18,117 bases of DNA from a virus. The position numbers and the translations under genes are program-made. Location: the IMG/VR virus record IMGVR_UViG_3300045988_142898, positions 1 to 18,117 of that record, one strand, 5' to 3'. The stretch's first letter is position 1; every line of letters starts with the position of its first letter. The notes beneath the pieces were generated by a model. The model had not been told where the DNA came from. It searched no databases and saw only the letters and a program-made list of their open reading frames with translations. Shown one piece after another: positions 1-6,692 of the stretch.

Positions 1-112
1 AAACTTCGTAAGGGGGCAGAATCTTAGAATTTTCCCAGTTTCTTAGAAAGTGACGCATTGTGTAGTTACTCGAGGCTAACATTTGAAAAGTTGGCACGGT
101 TCTTGCTAGGGG
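1..112. repeat. Left inverted terminal repeat (112 bp); presumed origin of protein-primed replication
   Basis: Bases 1-112 are the exact reverse complement of 18006-18117. Identity ends at 113 (a, versus c from the complement of 18005). The terminus begins 5'-AAA. Confidence 0.95.
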
Positions 113-131
113 AATAGCTGAAAATAAATAC

Positions 132-160
132 TTGACTTTTGGTGGTATATGTGTTATAAT
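132..160 (+). promoter_or_regulatory. Sigma-A-type promoter P1 (rightward)
   Basis: TTGACT (132-137), 17-nt spacer, TATAAT (155-160), with an extended -10 TG at 152-153. It lies 20 bp inside the left ITR boundary. Confidence 0.7.
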
Positions 161-179
161 GAAAGGTTAAGCATCTATT

Positions 180-197
180 ACTTTAGCAAATTAAAGC
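180..197. promoter_or_regulatory. Operator-like palindrome ACTTTA-N6-TAAAGC (copy 1 of 4)
   Basis: ACTTTA gcaaat TAAAGC, followed by further TAAAGT half-sites at 200-205 and 211-216. It lies between P1 and P2. Confidence 0.4.
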
Positions 198-240
198 ATT
201 AAAGTATGAATAAAGTTCATATATCTATGACTTGGATATA

Positions 241-270
241 TTGGAAAAAACCTGTTTTGCATGATATAAT
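241..270 (+). promoter_or_regulatory. Sigma-A-type promoter P2 (rightward)
   Basis: TTGGAA (241-246), 18-nt spacer, TATAAT (265-270), with an extended -10 TG at 262-263. Confidence 0.55.
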
Positions 271-297
271 AAAATAAAAAAGAAAGGATTAAATTAT

Positions 298-408
298 ATG
301 AAAATTATTAGAAGAGAATTTCCTTATTCGGTTTCGGATAAAGCGTTTTTGATACTGATGATGTTTTGTAAATTGCAAATATACGGGCTTTATAGTTCGT
401 ATTGCTGA
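298..408 (+). CDS. Small hypothetical ORF (36 aa), possibly frameshifted
   Basis: ATG at 298 is preceded by GAAAGGA; the product is MKIIRREFPYSVSDKAFLILMMFCKLQIYGLYSSYC. It falls below the ORF-track length cut-off. A second frame is open from 362 to 472 (see findings). Confidence 0.3.
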   Translation: MKIIRREFPYSVSDKAFLILMMFCKLQIYGLYSSYC

Positions 409-486
409 TGACAACTATTGTAATTGGCATTATGAATATAAAGATATAGATGGTAATATTTATTACAGTTAAAAGGAGAAAATAAA

Positions 487-747
487 ATGAAAAATTTAAT
501 GAAGTCTTATAACAATATTTTAGCTGAAGCTGTTAAGTGTGATTTAGAAGGCAATCATAGAGATGCTACATACCTTTTCGGTGAAGCTCATGGAATGCTT
601 CATATGGCGTATATAATGTACGATACTATAGGAAGCGAAACAGTGGCGAAAATGTCACGTGCTAGCGAATTAGCTTATGATATAGTTATGGGTGAAGTAG
701 CAGACGAACAAGAGTCTATCTGGATTCTTGAGAATAATATGGCATAA
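487..747 (+). CDS. Hypothetical small protein (86 aa), left-arm gene
   Basis: ORF with a strong SD (AAAGGAG) 8 nt upstream of the ATG and a TAA stop. I recognise no family. Confidence 0.75.
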   Translation: MKNLMKSYNNILAEAVKCDLEGNHRDATYLFGEAHGMLHMAYIMYDTIGSETVAKMSRASELAYDIVMGEVADEQESIWILENNMA

Positions 748-761
748 GGAGAATATTTAAA

Positions 762-1016
762 ATGAAAACATATAGAATTGAAGGCAAAATTATTCACTCT
801 TATAGATTGCGTAATAGTGTGAATGGTAATCCACGCTATTATTTCATATTATTGACTGATGGCACTACGCGCGAATTCAAAACACGTTCTGACACTGCGG
901 TTGGCTATAAATTTAAGCTATGGAACTATTATGAGGTAGTCGTTGACTATCATATAACAAGGACTGGAAACTTTATGTGTGACGATATTGCATATGGAAC
1001 TTATAAGGGGGTTTAA
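762..1016 (+). CDS. Hypothetical small protein (84 aa)
   Basis: ORF with SD AAGGAG upstream of the ATG, tightly packed after the previous gene. Confidence 0.75.
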   Translation: MKTYRIEGKIIHSYRLRNSVNGNPRYYFILLTDGTTREFKTRSDTAVGYKFKLWNYYEVVVDYHITRTGNFMCDDIAYGTYKGV

Positions 1017-1018
1017 AT

Positions 1019-1282
1019 ATGAAAAGGACATTAATGGGAAAATATAATATTATTGGGATATATACAATATGTAGCACAAAGGAGCTTTTTGTCTTATCCT
1101 GGGATTTAGCAAAATACTGGGAAGAAAAAAAAGACAATGATGCAATAGCACTTTGCTGGAATGGAAAGTTGTATTTTAGACAGCTTTATTATAGAAAAGA
1201 TGGCTTCTGTTTTAAGTTCTTTAATCATATAATTTATTTAGAAGAAATTTTGGCTTGTAATGAGGTCATAAATTTTGAATAG
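1019..1282 (+). CDS. Hypothetical small protein (87 aa)
   Basis: ORF with SD AAGGGGG upstream. Its C-terminal motif F-x-F-x-N-x-x-IYLEEI resembles that of the 1483-1668 product. Confidence 0.7.
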   Translation: MKRTLMGKYNIIGIYTICSTKELFVLSWDLAKYWEEKKDNDAIALCWNGKLYFRQLYYRKDGFCFKFFNHIIYLEEILACNEVINFE

Positions 1283-1469
1283 TCGTGAGTGGGCTATTGC
1301 AGTGCTTTACACGCTGGGCACTGCAATGGAAGCCCTATTTATTGCAGGCGTGTGTGTAGCCGAAAGTGATATAGCCGTTATTTGGCTTTTACTGGCGGTT
1401 GTATGGGGTATCGTGATATTATCGTCACTATTTAAGGGTAGTAATGATGACGACATACAGGAGTATTAA
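1275..1469 (+). CDS. Small membrane protein (64 aa, two hydrophobic segments)
   Basis: TTG start at 1275 with TGAGGT 7 nt upstream; it overlaps the previous stop by 8 nt. Hydrophobic stretches are AIAVLYTLGTAMEALFIAGVCV and VIWLLLAVVWGIVILSSLF. Confidence 0.55.
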   Translation: MNSREWAIAVLYTLGTAMEALFIAGVCVAESDIAVIWLLLAVVWGIVILSSLFKGSNDDDIQEY

Positions 1470-1482
1470 TGAGGAAATGAGA

Positions 1483-1668
1483 ATGAAATTAGAGTTAATT
1501 GATATGAGACAGGGAATTATTGTTTTCAGGGATACTGAACAATTTTGTTCTAAGTTTAGAAAGGTCTTTACTGTAAAAGGTCGAGATTACTTTATATACA
1601 AGAATCTTAGAATATATATTGATGAATTCATTCCACAACGGGACGGTTCGTTATGGTTTATTCTATAA
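1483..1668 (+). CDS. Hypothetical small protein (61 aa)
   Basis: The tracked ORF starts at 1444, but the ATG at 1483 has GAGGA 7 nt upstream and follows the stop at 1469. The C-terminal motif is YFIYKNLRIYIDEF. Confidence 0.65.
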   Translation: MKLELIDMRQGIIVFRDTEQFCSKFRKVFTVKGRDYFIYKNLRIYIDEFIPQRDGSLWFIL

Positions 1669-1671
1669 TTA

Positions 1672-1697
1672 AAGAGGGCGAGCAATCGCCCTTTTAG
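1672..1697 (+). terminator. Rho-independent terminator of the rightward arm
   Basis: Stem AGGGCGA (1675-1681) pairs with TCGCCCT (1686-1692) around a GCAA tetraloop, followed by TTTT. It lies immediately after the last plus-strand ORF. Confidence 0.8.
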
Positions 1698-1710
1698 CAC
1701 ATCAGCTGGT

Positions 1711-1730
1711 CACTTTAGCGTAGTAAAGTG
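1711..1730. promoter_or_regulatory. Operator-like palindrome ACTTTA-N6-TAAAGT (copy 2 of 4)
   Basis: cACTTTA gcgtag TAAAGTg, preceded by CAGCtGGTC, which recurs before copy 3. Confidence 0.4.
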
Positions 1731-1784
1731 TTAAAGTATTACAACTGCATAGTGTTACTGTACTACTCACATAGGACAGCAGGT

Positions 1785-1804
1785 CACTTTACTAAAGTAA
1801 AGTA
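1785..1804. promoter_or_regulatory. Operator-like palindrome ACTTTA-N6-TAAAGT (copy 3 of 4)
   Basis: cACTTTA ctaaag TAAAGTa, preceded by CAGCaGGTC. Its centre lies 74 bp from copy 2. Confidence 0.4.
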
Positions 1805-1829
1805 TTAACGTAGTAAACCACTAAACCGC

Positions 1830-1895
1830 TTAAAATAAGAATACAGTCCTATTACAGCACTCAATTCCAAGCACCCGACAGTCTGTATCCTTATT
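1830..1895 (-). terminator. Long AU-rich hairpin plus U-run: minus-strand terminator or small RNA
   Basis: 1834-1848 pairs with 1881-1895 (15 positions). On the minus-strand RNA the single A.C becomes a G.U wobble, giving 13 contiguous pairs, and UUUU follows. The loop is 32 nt. Confidence 0.35.
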
Positions 1896-1925
1896 CAAAA
1901 TATAGGGGTGGGTTAATTTATCGCT

Positions 1926-1956
1926 AAAATACGCCAGAGGGCTTATCTGAGCCCTC
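1926..1956 (-). terminator. Possible terminator hairpin just after the last leftward gene
   Basis: GAGGGCT (1937-1943) pairs with AGCCCTC (1950-1956) around a 6-nt loop. The U-run (1926-1929) lies 7 nt from the stem, so the arrangement is not canonical. Confidence 0.3.
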
Positions 1957-1969
1957 AGAGCGTCAGAGC

Positions 1970-3313
1970 CTATAAGTCAAAGGCACTGCAAATGCTCATA
2001 GGCATCCAGACATTGCAATAAGCGGTTGCGCTGTTGCAATTAATTGTTTTAAATTTACTTGCGGAAGAACCGTCTACTTCTTTGTGATAGACCTGTATCT
2101 TCCATCCCTCTGCAAATCTGATGAACCCGTTGATTGTGAAATAATTGTTCTCTTTATCCCGGCCGAAGAGCGTACAAACAAAGTCTGTAAGTGGCGGTGT
2201 AGTCCAGCCCTCACCAACTTTGAGATTTTTCGGATAAGTAGCAATAGTAACAGGAACATTGGAAATAGCGAGACGAAACCGCCCGTCCAACATGACATTT
2301 GTGTTACCGTCAGAAAATGTGCTTCTCAAAGAAAGATAATTCTTGTTATTATCGTTTGTACTGTCCACTGTACTAGCCATCTCAGAGGAGCTAAAGTTAT
2401 AAAGACTATACTCAATGGTAATATTAGGTTCAGAGCCTAAAATAACACCTGCCATAGTCTGTGCAAGAGCATCCTCACCGTCATTGTTTGGATGAATACC
2501 ATCAGAGGAAAAATACATATAGTCATGGAGTGTAAATGCCGTTGAGGTAATGATTTTCATTCCAGAGGTACGACAGCTTCTCAGATTAGAGCATTCAGTT
2601 CTTAACTGATTTCTTACAGAGCTAGACCTAGACCAACCAATGAAAGCGTAGGTAATATCAGCATAAGGATACAGCTTACGGCATCTGCTAGAAAAAGCGT
2701 CAATTGCCGTCTTTAAATCGGCTTTTGTCTGGTCACGGTCATTCATACCGCCACCAATCAACACCAGAGAAACGTTATTTCTCTCTGCTTCTGTCATTTC
2801 ATTACTGGCTTCATTCAGTAAGTCGATAAATCTTTTTCCTGTTGATGCACTAACATGGGAAAAGCCTACACCACCCGAGTATTTAATCTTGAATGTGCAA
2901 TATGGCATTGAACTTGCCACTTTATCAGCCCAACCAGTTACATTACCGTCTGGCGTGTAGCCCTCTGCATAGCTGTCTCCAATGATAACGACACTTTTTG
3001 CTGTTCTGGTGCTGTTAAATTCCTGTCTCAGAGCTGATAATAACATACCATTATCATCTATATTCTTCTGTAAGTTAGTATCAGCGGTTTTTCTGTCTCT
3101 TACTTCATTAGTAATTGCTGTTTGCAAACTGTTGTCTGTATACTGTCTATCTTCCTTTTCTTTGTCGATAGCTTTTTGAAGAGTTGTATCTGCATCCGTT
3201 CTAGCCTGTGTTTCGTCAGCAATACTTTTTTTAATATCTGTATCGTCATATCGAGGCACATAAACATCCGTGTTACCAATACGAACAAAATCAAATTCTT
3301 TTCTATCTGCCAT
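1970..3313 (-). CDS. Tail fibre/spike protein with SGNH (GDSL) esterase domain (447 aa)
   Basis: SD GGAGG lies upstream. SGNH blocks are present: VVIIGDSYAEG (block I), GGGMNDR (block III) and DGIHPN (block V). The N-terminus has three tandem ~17-aa repeats (E..R...D..LQ.AI). A C-terminal ~150-aa region is predicted to be beta-rich. Confidence 0.85.
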   Translation of the reverse strand: MADRKEFDFVRIGNTDVYVPRYDDTDIKKSIADETQARTDADTTLQKAIDKEKEDRQYTDNSLQTAITNEVRDRKTADTNLQKNIDDNGMLLSALRQEFNSTRTAKSVVIIGDSYAEGYTPDGNVTGWADKVASSMPYCTFKIKYSGGVGFSHVSASTGKRFIDLLNEASNEMTEAERNNVSLVLIGGGMNDRDQTKADLKTAIDAFSSRCRKLYPYADITYAFIGWSRSSSVRNQLRTECSNLRSCRTSGMKIITSTAFTLHDYMYFSSDGIHPNNDGEDALAQTMAGVILGSEPNITIEYSLYNFSSSEMASTVDSTNDNNKNYLSLRSTFSDGNTNVMLDGRFRLAISNVPVTIATYPKNLKVGEGWTTPPLTDFVCTLFGRDKENNYFTINGFIRFAEGWKIQVYHKEVDGSSASKFKTINCNSATAYCNVWMPMSICSAFDL

Positions 3314-3829
3314 TTATGAGACCTCCACTTTTACTGTAACAACATTTGTATAATCAACACGCATCCTGTTATTAACTCTCAGCCTGTACTGGTAGTTGTT
3401 TCTATCAGTTGTAGCTACAAGAGTTAATTTATAAGTCTTAGCACCTTTTTCAGTACAGTCAAACCATGTTGTGCCACTGTCTGTACTATACTGCCATTGA
3501 TAAGCCGTTGCACCTGCAACAAAAGCCGATAAATCAACTGTTTTTGCTTCTTCATTTACAACTATATTCTCTGGCTCACTTAAAATAATTAAAGACTGGT
3601 CAACAATTAATGCACGTTTATCTTCATCATAAGTCAGAGAGACAATCAAGTTGCTAATATAGCTTTGTAAGATCTTATATACAAGGTCAGGCACATTATC
3701 AGCATTATCAATCAGTTCATTGACTTTTTCATATAAGCACTGTAAATTGTTCTGCAATGAAAGAGCATCATTATAAACGATAGGAAGAACAGCACTAAAT
3801 GGCCATATTAAATATAACTCATTTTTCAT
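3314..3829 (-). CDS. Tail fibre-associated protein with C-terminal Ig-like domain (171 aa)
   Basis: SD GTGAGGTGA lies upstream. The N-terminal motif (NNLQCLYEKVNELIDN) and the C-terminal AYQWQYSTDSGTTWFD domain are paralogous to the 4514-5059 product. Confidence 0.85.
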   Translation of the reverse strand: MKNELYLIWPFSAVLPIVYNDALSLQNNLQCLYEKVNELIDNADNVPDLVYKILQSYISNLIVSLTYDEDKRALIVDQSLIILSEPENIVVNEEAKTVDLSAFVAGATAYQWQYSTDSGTTWFDCTEKGAKTYKLTLVATTDRNNYQYRLRVNNRMRVDYTNVVTVKVEVS

Positions 3830-3841
3830 TTTATCACCTCA

Positions 3842-4213
3842 CTAACTTCTATTAACAAATATTGTTGCAGTATCGTTTATTTTATCACCTATTTTACAAG
3901 CAATATAGAACTTATCTCCGCCATTTACACCATAGCCATCTGAGTGGATAGCACTGTCATCATAAAGGTTTATAGTGATAATGTTATAACTTTCACCGTA
4001 TACTACATATACTGTCCAGTTTGTTTTATCATCTGAGACTAACCATATAACATCATTGTTTAATGATTTATTTATTGAAAGTGCTAAATCAACAAGTATA
4101 TTCTTTTTATACATTTCATAATATGAATACCACTTAATCATATTAGCTGTACTATCCCAATTATTGTTTGCAACACCGTTAAATGTTGCTGAACCACAAT
4201 CAAAATCAATCAT
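3842..4213 (-). CDS. C-terminal receptor-binding-like segment (tracked as a 123-aa ORF); probably not an independent gene
   Basis: The frame is open and protein-like, but no SD precedes ATG 4213. It is in frame with 4514-5059 across TAG 4514-4516 and TGA 4280-4282. Confidence 0.5.
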   Translation of the reverse strand: MIDFDCGSATFNGVANNNWDSTANMIKWYSYYEMYKKNILVDLALSINKSLNNDVIWLVSDDKTNWTVYVVYGESYNIITINLYDDSAIHSDGYGVNGGDKFYIACKIGDKINDTATIFVNRS

Positions 4214-4282
4214 ATGGACAGTAGTTGTTATAATGTTTGAGACAATAGTGCTATTATCAGTATTATTTGTGCAAGTAAATCA

Positions 4283-4513
4283 CCACTGTACACTCTTAGT
4301 TGTACCTACTTCACCTGTACCAATACTAATACCATTAGTCTTTGTGCCTTTATCAATGTAGTAGTATGGATAAATATTTTTAGTGCTGTATTTGGCTATC
4401 AACCCATTCACCACCAAGATTAAACTGCCATTTTGATTGCTCATAGGGAAAGAGCTTGTTGTATACGATAAACCATTGTTTTCGTATAAGTCAACATAAT
4501 CATCATGACCATA
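4283..4513 (-). other. 77 stop-free in-frame codons between a TAG and a TGA (untracked coding-like segment)
   Basis: My manual translation is YGHDDYVDLYENNGLSYTTSSFPMSNQNGSLILVVNGLIAKYSTKNIYPYYYIDKGTKTNGISIGTGEVGTTKSVQW. The internal ATG at 4444 has no SD. Confidence 0.4.
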
Positions 4514-5059
4514 CTATTCCTGTGTTATTGTTACTTCTGGTTTAGTGTATTCAATAACAATACCTTCTGTATAATAAGTATACTTATCATTCTGTAACTT
4601 GCATCTGAACTCTTTTTTATCACCGCTGTTATAAAATGTAACAGGCACTCTGCAATTTGCTCTATTAGAACCATCTGCTTCTAAGTCAACAAACAACCCA
4701 TTATCATTCTTATATTGCCACTGATAAAAAGTAACATCGCCCTCAACATTACTTAACCCTACTTCAATGTTTTTGACAGGCGTATAAATAGGTGATTCTG
4801 GCTTAATCAAATCACATCTGATAGGATTTTCAAAAGCAATGCACTTTAATTCCTCACAATATCCACCCTGTAATTTCATATGGCTAGCATAAACATCTAA
4901 CAACTTGTCAACTACTTCTTTGGCGTTTGTATCATCACCAATCAGTTGGTTGATTTTAAATGTTAACTTATTCATGCTTTCAAGTGGGGTGATATTTTCA
5001 TCATAGATAGTTGGTGCAAGTGGCCTATTACCAATAGGGTTAAAATTATTCTTCTCCAT
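4514..5059 (-). CDS. Tail fibre protein, N-terminal anchor plus Ig-like domain (181 aa)
   Basis: The tracked ORF starts at 5098, but ATG 5059 has GGGGGTG 5-6 nt upstream. The product starts MEKNNFNPIG, carries the FYQWQYKNDNGLFVD Ig-like motif and ends at TAG. Confidence 0.8.
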   Translation of the reverse strand: MEKNNFNPIGNRPLAPTIYDENITPLESMNKLTFKINQLIGDDTNAKEVVDKLLDVYASHMKLQGGYCEELKCIAFENPIRCDLIKPESPIYTPVKNIEVGLSNVEGDVTFYQWQYKNDNGLFVDLEADGSNRANCRVPVTFYNSGDKKEFRCKLQNDKYTYYTEGIVIEYTKPEVTITQE

Positions 5060-5768
5060 CAAAGCACCCCCAGTCCCACACCTGCATAAACAAGTCACTT
5101 AGTTCACTAATAACCATACGATCAATATTCTTTAACTTTTCAGCATATTCATTTATCATATATGCATAAGTCATACCACTACGTTTGCCTATGATATGCT
5201 GTACATAGTCTTCTGTCGTATTAAAATTACTACTCGATTTAAGTGCATTAGTATTTTTATTAGTGTTTGTACTATCTGAAATATCAGCACTAGATAAATA
5301 TCTGTCACTTTTAATACCTTCCAAACCACCTTGAGGTGTATTGCTGTGTCTATTGATATCCTGTCCACTATATTCATTGTTACTGTTACCACTTGAATTA
5401 GCACTGTTATCACCTTTGCTTTTTCTGTTGTGGTCAATAGTCACATCTGTATCACTAAGAATATCATACTCTTTATTAAATGCTTTATATAATTTGTTAT
5501 AATACGGCATGATAACAGAAAGTTTAGCGTCAAGTCTTAACTGAAACAGGCCAAACGTTTCTGAACCAATCTCTCTGGTATAATAATGCTTTAAAATCTT
5601 CTTTGCAAGTATAGAGCGGTATTCGGGAGTAAATGTTACAAATGATGGTGGAAATATCTTATCCCAACTTTTGTCAATAACATCATCAATCGACATATAC
5701 CCCTTGCCACGCTCATAGCCTGCAAGTGATTCACATATATATCTGATTTGTGTTGTATAGCTACTCAT
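5046..5768 (-). CDS. Lower collar protein (phi29 gp11-like, 240 aa)
   Basis: It lies directly after the portal gene. The N-terminal region (YYTREIGSETFGLF...MPYYNKLY) matches my recollection of lower-collar proteins of small podophages. There is a central S/N-rich low-complexity stretch, and SD AAGAGG lies upstream. Confidence 0.75.
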   Translation of the reverse strand: MSSYTTQIRYICESLAGYERGKGYMSIDDVIDKSWDKIFPPSFVTFTPEYRSILAKKILKHYYTREIGSETFGLFQLRLDAKLSVIMPYYNKLYKAFNKEYDILSDTDVTIDHNRKSKGDNSANSSGNSNNEYSGQDINRHSNTPQGGLEGIKSDRYLSSADISDSTNTNKNTNALKSSSNFNTTEDYVQHIIGKRSGMTYAYMINEYAEKLKNIDRMVISELSDLFMQVWDWGCFDGEE

Positions 5769-5771
5769 ACA

Positions 5772-6680
5772 TTAAAACCTCTTAATCATAGATGTTGCCA
5801 AAGATTCATCTTTCAAATCTTGAAAAGCATCGTCTCCATCTTCTACTTCTTTGTTTGGTTCGTCACCATCATCAAAGAACCATCTAACATTTAAACCTAA
5901 AATGTCTTTAATCTGTTCCGTAGCATAGTCTCTAGCCATGGTTCTTGAACGCCTGTTTGCAAGAGAATCAGCATTACTAGATTTTACTTCACTTGTAATC
6001 ATTCGTTCTTTTTTCTGAGCAATGACACTTGTAATACCAAGCATTGAATTGCCCTGATTGTATAACCTCTGCTGTGTTTCAAGTAAGTCCAGTGCAACAA
6101 ATGGTGCATTTAACTGAATAGCCTGAATGTCATCAGTATTGAACTTTTTAGATACTGGTATATATGGCTCATCAGCATCAACTTTTGCAATCATGTTCTT
6201 CATTGATAACTGTGAGTTTTCATTACACGCGACAACAACTGGTGTTTTCTGTGCTGTACAGTTAACATCAATCGTCCCATCTAACCTAGTAAGTCTGTAT
6301 GCCAATTCTATGAAAGATTGATAGTTGTTGATTCTTAGGTAATTGTCCCATATAATAACAAACTGACCCTTTTCAAGAACTTTGTTGTAATTTGTCCACG
6401 GATTCCATACAGTAATTCTTGTTGGATTGCCATAAGAGTCAAATACGCCCATGCTTAAATACTGCATACAGGCATACTCTTCTGCATCTTCATCATAGAA
6501 AAAAGCTACAGAACCAAGTTCAAAAAGTTTAAGAGCTAACCAACGTGCATCGACTTCAACTGGTAGACCTTCAACTCTGTATGAAGCGATAGCATTATTC
6601 GCAAATTTGAATAACCATTTATTATATTCAACTCCTTCTTTGTAAATCTTCTGAAAGAATCGTCTTTTCTGTCTGCTCAC
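5772..6680 (-). CDS. Portal / upper collar connector (phi29 gp10-like, 302 aa)
   Basis: GTG start with SD GAGGTGA. NCTAQKTPVVVACNENSQLSMKNM...APFV...QKKERMITSEVKSSN parallels phi29 gp10 [24 protein letters not shown]...APYV...EKKERMVTDEVSSN. The length is close to gp10 (309 aa). Confidence 0.92.
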   Translation of the reverse strand: MSRQKRRFFQKIYKEGVEYNKWLFKFANNAIASYRVEGLPVEVDARWLALKLFELGSVAFFYDEDAEEYACMQYLSMGVFDSYGNPTRITVWNPWTNYNKVLEKGQFVIIWDNYLRINNYQSFIELAYRLTRLDGTIDVNCTAQKTPVVVACNENSQLSMKNMIAKVDADEPYIPVSKKFNTDDIQAIQLNAPFVALDLLETQQRLYNQGNSMLGITSVIAQKKERMITSEVKSSNADSLANRRSRTMARDYATEQIKDILGLNVRWFFDDGDEPNKEVEDGDDAFQDLKDESLATSMIKRF

Positions 6681-6692
6681 TCTATCACCTCA

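Noticed and set aside
22-48. 8-bp direct repeat TCTTAGAA (22-29 and 41-48) inside the ITR, each containing the small palindrome TCTTAGA
   Set aside because: It is too short to distinguish from chance in AT-rich DNA without comparative data. It could be an origin-protein site, but I cannot support that from this sequence.
1669-1969. tRNA or suppressor tRNA gene in the central non-coding region (and in 11697-11845)
   Set aside because: I could not draw a cloverleaf. There is no GTTCRANYC T-loop motif and no 7-bp acceptor pairing at tRNA spacing. The hairpins present are simple long stems.
2074-3319. Tracked ORFs overlapping or antisense to the SGNH fibre gene (2074-2298, 2084-2440, 2982-3179, 3100-3294, 3122-3319)
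   Set aside because: They lie wholly inside a well-supported gene, lack SDs and have low-complexity, Leu/Ser/Cys/Phe-rich composition typical of off-frame translation of AT-rich coding DNA.
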